Shown here: positions 50,901-55,081 of the stretch, one piece after another
Layout of the letters: each line of letters opens with the position of its first letter
How positions within the stretch are numbered: the stretch's first letter is position 1
Assembly (NCBI GenBank): GCA_021825655.1
Contig: JAKAGU010000006.1
Location: 1 to 55,081 of the forward strand
Direction of reading: 5' to 3'
DNA: 55,081 nucleotides
Source of the DNA: a bacterium
GTDB taxonomy: Bacteria; Patescibacteriota; Doudnabacteria; UBA920
Position numbers and translations under genes: made by a program
The notes under the pieces: model-generated
The model's database searches: none
Seen by the model: only the letters and a program-made list of their open reading frames with translations
Told to the model about the DNA's origin: nothing

Positions 50901-53900
50901 TACGGATGCAGCTGGTAGCCCCCAAACTCCAACCTATGGATCCTATTTTGCTCCAATAGATATGGGCAGCAGTGGTGGTGTGAGCAACGGAGGAAACTGC
51001 GCCATCGGCGGCGGCGCCATTTGGTTAAATGTTACGGGCACCACGACTGTAACCGGGACCTTGACTGCGGATGGCGGACAAATTTCCGGCAACTGCGGTT
51101 ATAACACTGGCGGCGCGGCCGGCGGTTCGGTTTATGTGAATACGAACGTCTTTACCGGCGGCGGCACGATTACAGCCACCGGCGGTTATGGCGGCTGGGA
51201 CGGCGGCGCGGGCAGCGGCGGCGGCGGACGCATTGCCATTTTGGCCAATACCTATACCGCAACGTCTACATATTCAGCAATCGGCGGGACCATCAGCGGT
51301 CGCACGGGCGAGACCGGCAGCGTGTATGTGTATCCGCCCCGGCTGACCACGGGAACCACAACCTCTATTACTGACACCGCGGCTGTCGGCAGTGGGGCAA
51401 TTACCGGGTTGGGGTTGAATGCAATTACCCAGTATGGACTTGTTGTCGGGACCAGCAGCAATCCCACTTTGGCTAATGCGGTATTTACTTCTACCCTCGG
51501 CGCAACTTCTTCAACCGGAACTTTTACATCCAACATTACAGGCTTGGTAAAGTCAACAACTTATCATGTCCGTTCTTATGCTACGGCTACCGATACGTAT
51601 ACCACATACGGCTTGGACATGACTTTTACTACGCAGGATTACCAGTTCACGCAGCAAAATTTTCAATTTTTCCAGAATGCAGATGCGGTACAGCCGGCCG
51701 CCGCCTTGGCCAACGAAAACACGGGCATTGTTTTGACTTCCACGGCCACACCCATACGTTTACGCATGAGCCTTTTAAACAGCGGAATTTTAGATTTACC
51801 GACTAGCACTTTGGCTTTCAAGCTCCAGGTTTCTTCTGCCACCACCACGGGCTGGCTGGATGTTGCCCAATCCAGCGGCGGCCCGGGCTGGTGGAATTCT
51901 TCTTGGGCCAACCGGCGCAAGATTTATTTTAACAACAGCGGATCCCAAAATGACTTAACCGACTATCCCGTGCTGGTTTATTTGAACGCGACTTCTTCCG
52001 GGAACATTGACTACAGCAAGACCAAAACCGGCGGCGCGGATCTTCGCTTCTTGGCTTATGATAACCTGACTCCGCTTGCATACACCATAGAAAAATGGGA
52101 TCCGAGCGCCACCTCTACAATTTGGGTGAGAGTGCCAAACATAAAAGGCGGATCCAATGCGGATTTTATGTGGATGTATTACAACAACCCCCAGGCCACA
52201 GATAATTCCACCACTACCGCAGCGATTTGGGACAGTAATTTTAGTGCGGTTTACAACTTTGGAAATGTCGGCGCCTTGTCGTTGAATGACATTACTGCCA
52301 ATGCGCAGAATTTTAGCACGAACGTAAATGCAACTTCAGTCCAGGGGCAGATTTCGGGCGGCGCAGGGTTTAGCGGCAGTCAGTATATGTTCCGGGGCGC
52401 GGCAAGCTTTCCCACGGGTACGGCTGCCAGGACCAGCGAAGTCTGGTTTAAAATGAACTCTTCCGGCATTAACCAGTCCTTGGGTGGCTGGGGTGATAAT
52501 TCCACGGACGGCTCCAGATGGAATTTCTGGTATGGAAGTAACACCGTAGGTATAGAAGGCCGAAATAGGGGTGCTTCCATTGCCTTTACTTACGACACCA
52601 ACTGGCACCATTTGGCTGCGGTTTCCCCAAATGGCAATTCCAACATGTCCAGCGTGTTAATTTACTTGGACGGAACCTTGAGAGCGCTGACTTCTTCCAG
52701 CGGGTCATTCAGCACCACCGCAAGTAACGTAGCTTTGGGTACACTTCCCGGGGCGAACAACAACTATAATTATAACGGCAGTCTGGATGATTTCAGGGTT
52801 TCCAGCGTGGCCAGGAACGGGGATTGGATTTTAGCCGACTACAAAAACGGGGTTAACACCTTTTTGAATTATGCGGCCGAAGAATCCCGCGATTTGACCG
52901 TGCAGTCCAACTGGAATTTTTTCAACAACCCTTCGGTGGCCACTTCGGTTACCATTTCTTCCGTCTTGCTTTCCACCTCCAATGTCCAGGAAACTTACAA
53001 CGAAGCCAACCCGACTACCTTAAACCCCAATGCCATTGCCGTGGGCCAGGTGGCGGAATGGGATTTTGCTTTGGACTTATCCCAGGCCCTGGTTAACACC
53101 AATTATTATTTCCGCATGGTTAGGTCGGATGGCACGCTCCTGAACACTTACAGCAATTATCCGAGCTTGATTTTAAATATTCCGGTCAGCAACCCGCCGT
53201 ATGCGCCTTATAATTTGGGCACCAAGGCTAATGTGGTTGACGGTTTATACAGAGTAAATGTCAGTACGCCGACCCTAAATTTTAGCTTACTGGACCCCGA
53301 CTCTGCGGACACGGTCAAATACCGGATACAAATTTCGCAGAACAGCGATTATTCCAGTCCCGCCGTAGATTACACTTCAGCTTTGCAGGCCCAAGGCGCC
53401 ACATCTTTTACTGTGGGTCAGGCGACAACCACTGGCAGCAGTTATGCTGCGGGTTTTCCCGGTCAGACTTTGGCTGACGGTAATTACTATTGGCGGGTGA
53501 TGACCACTGACAGTAGTGGTTTGGTTTCTACCTATACCCCGGCAACTACGCTTACTCCGGCCTTCCAGTTGCAGGCAGTAGTGAGAACCGTGACTTGGAC
53601 TGGCTCTGCGGGCACGGGCAACTGGGAAGATTTTGGCAATTGGAGCACTAACATGGTGCCGGGTCCGAATGACAATGTGGTGATCGATGCTAATGCTACG
53701 GTAAACATTAATGCATCAACTACGGTTAAATCTGTGACCTTGGGTAATGCGGGCGGTACCAGCGCGCCGACTTTGAATTTCAACTATGACGCATTAAACA
53801 ATGGTGCTTTGGTGACCACGGGGGACTTTACTATAAACCTGAACGCTACATTAAGCCATTCCGCTAACCTTCTCGCCACTACGGGCACGGTAAATTTATA

Positions 53901-55081
53901 TAGAATTAAATTAGCCGTCGGCAATAACCTGTGGGTGAATGGTTCCATCAATGCCGACTCCAAAGGGTTTACCAGCCAGCAAGGGCCTGGCGCGGGTACG
54001 GTTAATGGCAACAACAACGGTACCGGCGCCAGCTACGGCGGCTTGGGCGGGCAGCCTTCCGGTTCGCCGGCCCCAGCTTCTCCTTATGGTTCAACCACTG
54101 CTCCGACTGACTTGGGTTCTTCGGGCGGCGGTTCGCCTAATGGCACGACTTACAACGGCGGTTACGGCGGCGGCGCTATCATTTTGAACGTGACCGGCGT
54201 AACCACAGTAGCAGGCACCATCTCCGCCAACGGCGGTGCCGGTTTTGCCTGTTGGAATCCGGGCGGCGGCTCCGGCGGTTCAATTTATTTGACCACGCTT
54301 TCCTTGGCTGGTGCGGGCACTATCCGTACCAATGGCGGCGGCAGCTGTAATTCCGGCGGCGGCGGCTCCGGCGGCAGGATTGCCGTCTATTACACCAACG
54401 ATGTATCCACCATAACTTACCAAAGCGGCGGAGGCGGTAATCCTATTGCCGGCGCAGGAACTATTTTGAAGAAGAATCCCAGCCAAGCCTACGGTGATAT
54501 TATTATAGACAACCTAAACAACGGCGGCACAGACGAAAGGTATTTTGGCAGGACGCCTTTGGGGGCGATTACTTATGATTCCCTGACTATCAGGAATTCC
54601 GCGTCCGTATATTTGACGGCGTCCAGTGCAACCTTTACGACCGTAACTTTGGCAAACAACGGGCACTATGATAACCGTGCCGGGACGGGCATCCAGTATA
54701 CGAATTTTAACTGGGGCGGCGGCATCCTCTGGGAAAGCGGCGGTAGCTTGGCTTTCTTGAACCAAAACCAGGATCTGGCAATACCCACCAGCTCAACTTT
54801 GGTGCTTAATCTTTTGAATACCGCCCGCACCTACAATAACCTGACAGTCAACGGCACCTTAACCCACGCATACAATACTTCCGCCACTACCGGTAGTGCC
54901 AGTTTGTACAAATTAAACTATACGGTTAATGGCAACCTCACCATTGGCCCTTCGGGTTCCATCAATGCCGACTCCAAAGGGTTTACCAGCCAGCAAGGGC
55001 CTGGCGCGGGTACGGTTAATGGCAACAACAACGGTACCGGCGCCAGCTACGGCGGCTTGGGCGGGCAGCCTTCCGGTTCGC
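47938..55081 (+). CDS. Giant secreted modular surface protein (>2380 aa, 3'-truncated; absent from ORF track)
   Basis: Frame read manually with no stop found from TTG 47938; signal peptide ending TPAQA|; Pro/Ser/Thr/Ala/Glu stalk; GLKENIIL...YPVVIDPT domain; W.G...W...NW...VP...D.V.I and Gly-rich GPGAG...GASYGG modules; FN3-like; DUF2341-like; LamG-like. Confidence 0.9.
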   Translation, partial: MKYRLKTQSIRRYFRTHFEREFLSKIWAVFLLLNLVLSQSFAYFAATPAQAANFTPNDLPTLSQDYQPTKSFVVSSSSTPMAWQNPEQGYVSELAADASSSAFSLANSVGLSVVATSTVIVASSTPESAPSETVTSSSSPEASTTTIPADTQNESSSTPAADQATSTPAQEASTTPAAPAQEASSSPTEAVASSSAETSAPAETAPAPSTTPTEVPAPAPEQPTQPTPVTEPVSAPATDTQPTSLAPSEIHALAGDVQMADVLQSGAGTLLGPSASSPAVGSTAAPDPALGGSAPELSAPAPEPSSTTEAVPPVPAPAPATSTQTEVVSSTTTPPAVTEEASSTPVATSTQDSSSVTSTPETSFTPILDLIPTDPTPSATPVSSATTTQDSSAAATTTPEASPSLLSSGLVSSPALEYSGFKLSVPNPGLATDTKPTALKVKLSLSSLPVTSGQLVLEYALATSSWQSLTVFDLSSGLTNATHSGYFEATLPLELYQSLSALQLRLTYQADSQSLNQNLNQTILFLDGISVEANYPDYSWDEADLAAMQLPPLTPEQFSHLEFFGPLMELFMPSDLGTNPITVGSKQKSPDFLPLRLLPLGVSTTTPPNRAGETVTYPDAFASTNLEYKLNDTGLKENIILKDQNHPAKFRYLANFDGYDAVQTSPSTVILYQKGHKNQPLFKRYTLSAPIMTDAKGITSDKLVFRLKGNLLTLTPDATFLKDASYPVVIDPTVELNVLNVSSFPVAGSYWTIDFTTVGTDTLTITPGDQDTINDMDFSSLTCNGAVVTPNILPNGVIQVPAWTCDNVGEVKFFDKKTGHHHMIFTFGSVTQDAYNGANVYTGASGGNWNVPTNWSTGAVPTSTDDVVISTAVTVNLTAATGPINSLTLGVSGGGTASTLNFAYDAINPAAPLTMLGNLTVYSGAVITQSTGNSAIVGRVYLNVGGSATIAGSINVDQKGYTQGNGPGAGKNYTSNYGTGGSYGGRGSTDAAGSPQTPTYGSYFAPIDMGSSGGVSNGGNCAIGGGAIWLNVTGTTTVTGTLTADGGQISGNCGYNTGGAAGGSVYVNTNVFTGGGTITATGGYGGWDGGAGSGGGGRIAILANTYTATSTYSAIGGTISGRTGETGSVYVYPPRLTTGTTTSITDTAAVGSGAITGLGLNAITQYGLVVGTSSNPTLANAVFTSTLGATSSTGTFTSNITGLVKSTTYHVRSYATATDTYTTYGLDMTFTTQDYQFTQQNFQFFQNADAVQPAAALANENTGIVLTSTATPIRLRMSLLNSGILDLPTSTLAFKLQVSSATTTGWLDVAQSSGGPGWWNSSWANRRKIYFNNSGSQNDLTDYPVLVYLNATSSGNIDYSKTKTGGADLRFLAYDNLTPLAYTIEKWDPSATSTIWVRVPNIKGGSNADFMWMYYNNPQATDNSTTTAAIWDSNFSAVYNFGNVGALSLNDITANAQNFSTNVNATSVQGQISGGAGFSGSQYMFRGAASFPTGTAARTSEVWFKMNSSGINQSLGGWGDNSTDGSRWNFWYGSNTVGIEGRNRGASIAFTYDTNWHHLAAVSPNGNSNMSSVLIYLDGTLRALTSSSGSFSTTASNVALGTLPGANNNYNYNGSLDDFRVSSVARNGDWILADYKNGVNTFLNYAAEESRDLTVQSNWNFFNNPSVATSVTISSVLLSTSNVQETYNEANPTTLNPNAIAVGQVAEWDFALDLSQALVNTNYYFRMVRSDGTLLNTYSNYPSLILNIPVSNPPYAPYNLGTKANVVDGLYRVNVSTPTLNFSLLDPDSADTVKYRIQISQNSDYSSPAVDYTSALQAQGATSFTVGQATTTGSSYAAGFPGQTLADGNYYWRVMTTDSSGLVSTYTPATTLTPAFQLQAVVRTVTWTGSAGTGNWEDFGNWSTNMVPGPNDNVVIDANATVNINASTTVKSVTLGNAGGTSAPTLNFNYDALNNGALVTTGDFTINLNATLSHSANLLATTGTVNLYRIKLAVGNNLWVNGSINADSKGFTSQQGPGAGTVNGNNNGTGASYGGLGGQPSGSPAPASPYGSTTAPTDLGSSGGGSPNGTTYNGGYGGGAIILNVTGVTTVAGTISANGGAGFACWNPGGGSGGSIYLTTLSLAGAGTIRTNGGGSCNSGGGGSGGRIAVYYTNDVSTITYQSGGGGNPIAGAGTILKKNPSQAYGDIIIDNLNNGGTDERYFGRTPLGAITYDSLTIRNSASVYLTASSATFTTVTLANNGHYDNRAGTGIQYTNFNWGGGILWESGGSLAFLNQNQDLAIPTSSTLVLNLLNTARTYNNLTVNGTLTHAYNTSATTGSASLYKLNYTVNGNLTIGPSGSINADSKGFTSQQGPGAGTVNGNNNGTGASYGGLGGQPSGS
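53941..54067 (+). repeat. Exact 127-nt intragenic repeat, copy 1
   Basis: Identical to 54955-55081 (offset 1014 nt = 338 codons). Confidence 0.95.
54955..55081 (+). repeat. Exact 127-nt intragenic repeat, copy 2 (ends at window end)
   Basis: Identical to 53941-54067; the flanks 5' of the two copies differ. Confidence 0.95.

Noticed and set aside
48204-54765. Short track ORFs on both strands within the giant gene
   Set aside because: Alternate-frame shadows of a low-complexity, biased coding sequence
53941-55081. Diversity-generating retroelement TR/VR pair (AAC-rich repeat)
   Set aside because: The two copies are identical with no adenine-specific mismatches, both lie in the same frame, and no reverse transcriptase is in the window

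Overview
Chromosomal window from a reduced-genome bacterium. A Patescibacteria/CPR affiliation is inferred from the pilin style, an intron-bearing unlinked rRNA and scarce Shine-Dalgarno sites. Left to right it contains: a type IV pilin/minor-pilin cluster; a LysM protein; ligA; a KirBac-like channel; a 23S-5S rRNA unit with its own promoter, no 16S, a group I intron at E. coli position 2500 and three hairpin insertions; a TrmB regulator with a nucleotide-sugar and lower glycolysis/gluconeogenesis cluster (two GlmU-N-like proteins, YvcK, an RHH-nucleotidyltransferase fusion, IMPase, eno, pyk, ppsA) interrupted by orphan ORFs; tRNA-Ser; dnaG-rpoD followed by a candidate structured ncRNA; an aguB-aguA-deoxyhypusine synthase-like polyamine operon; msrB; tRNA-Asn with an AT-rich patch (rsgA); ABC-F; ArsR- and MarR-led stress/efflux operons; a stand-alone RelA/SpoT-domain protein; a hemerythrin; and the first ~2380 codons of a giant modular secreted protein that runs off the end inside an exact internal repeat. 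The strongest leads are the group I intron whose P10 pairing implies a terminal A instead of omega-G, the promoter/terminator-bounded ncRNA after rpoD, the polyamine operon, the giant repeat protein, the channel with a TLGSS filter, a terminator/antiterminator switch in the rRNA leader, and widespread leaderless promoters. All calls come from reading motifs by eye; no database searches or folding programs were run.
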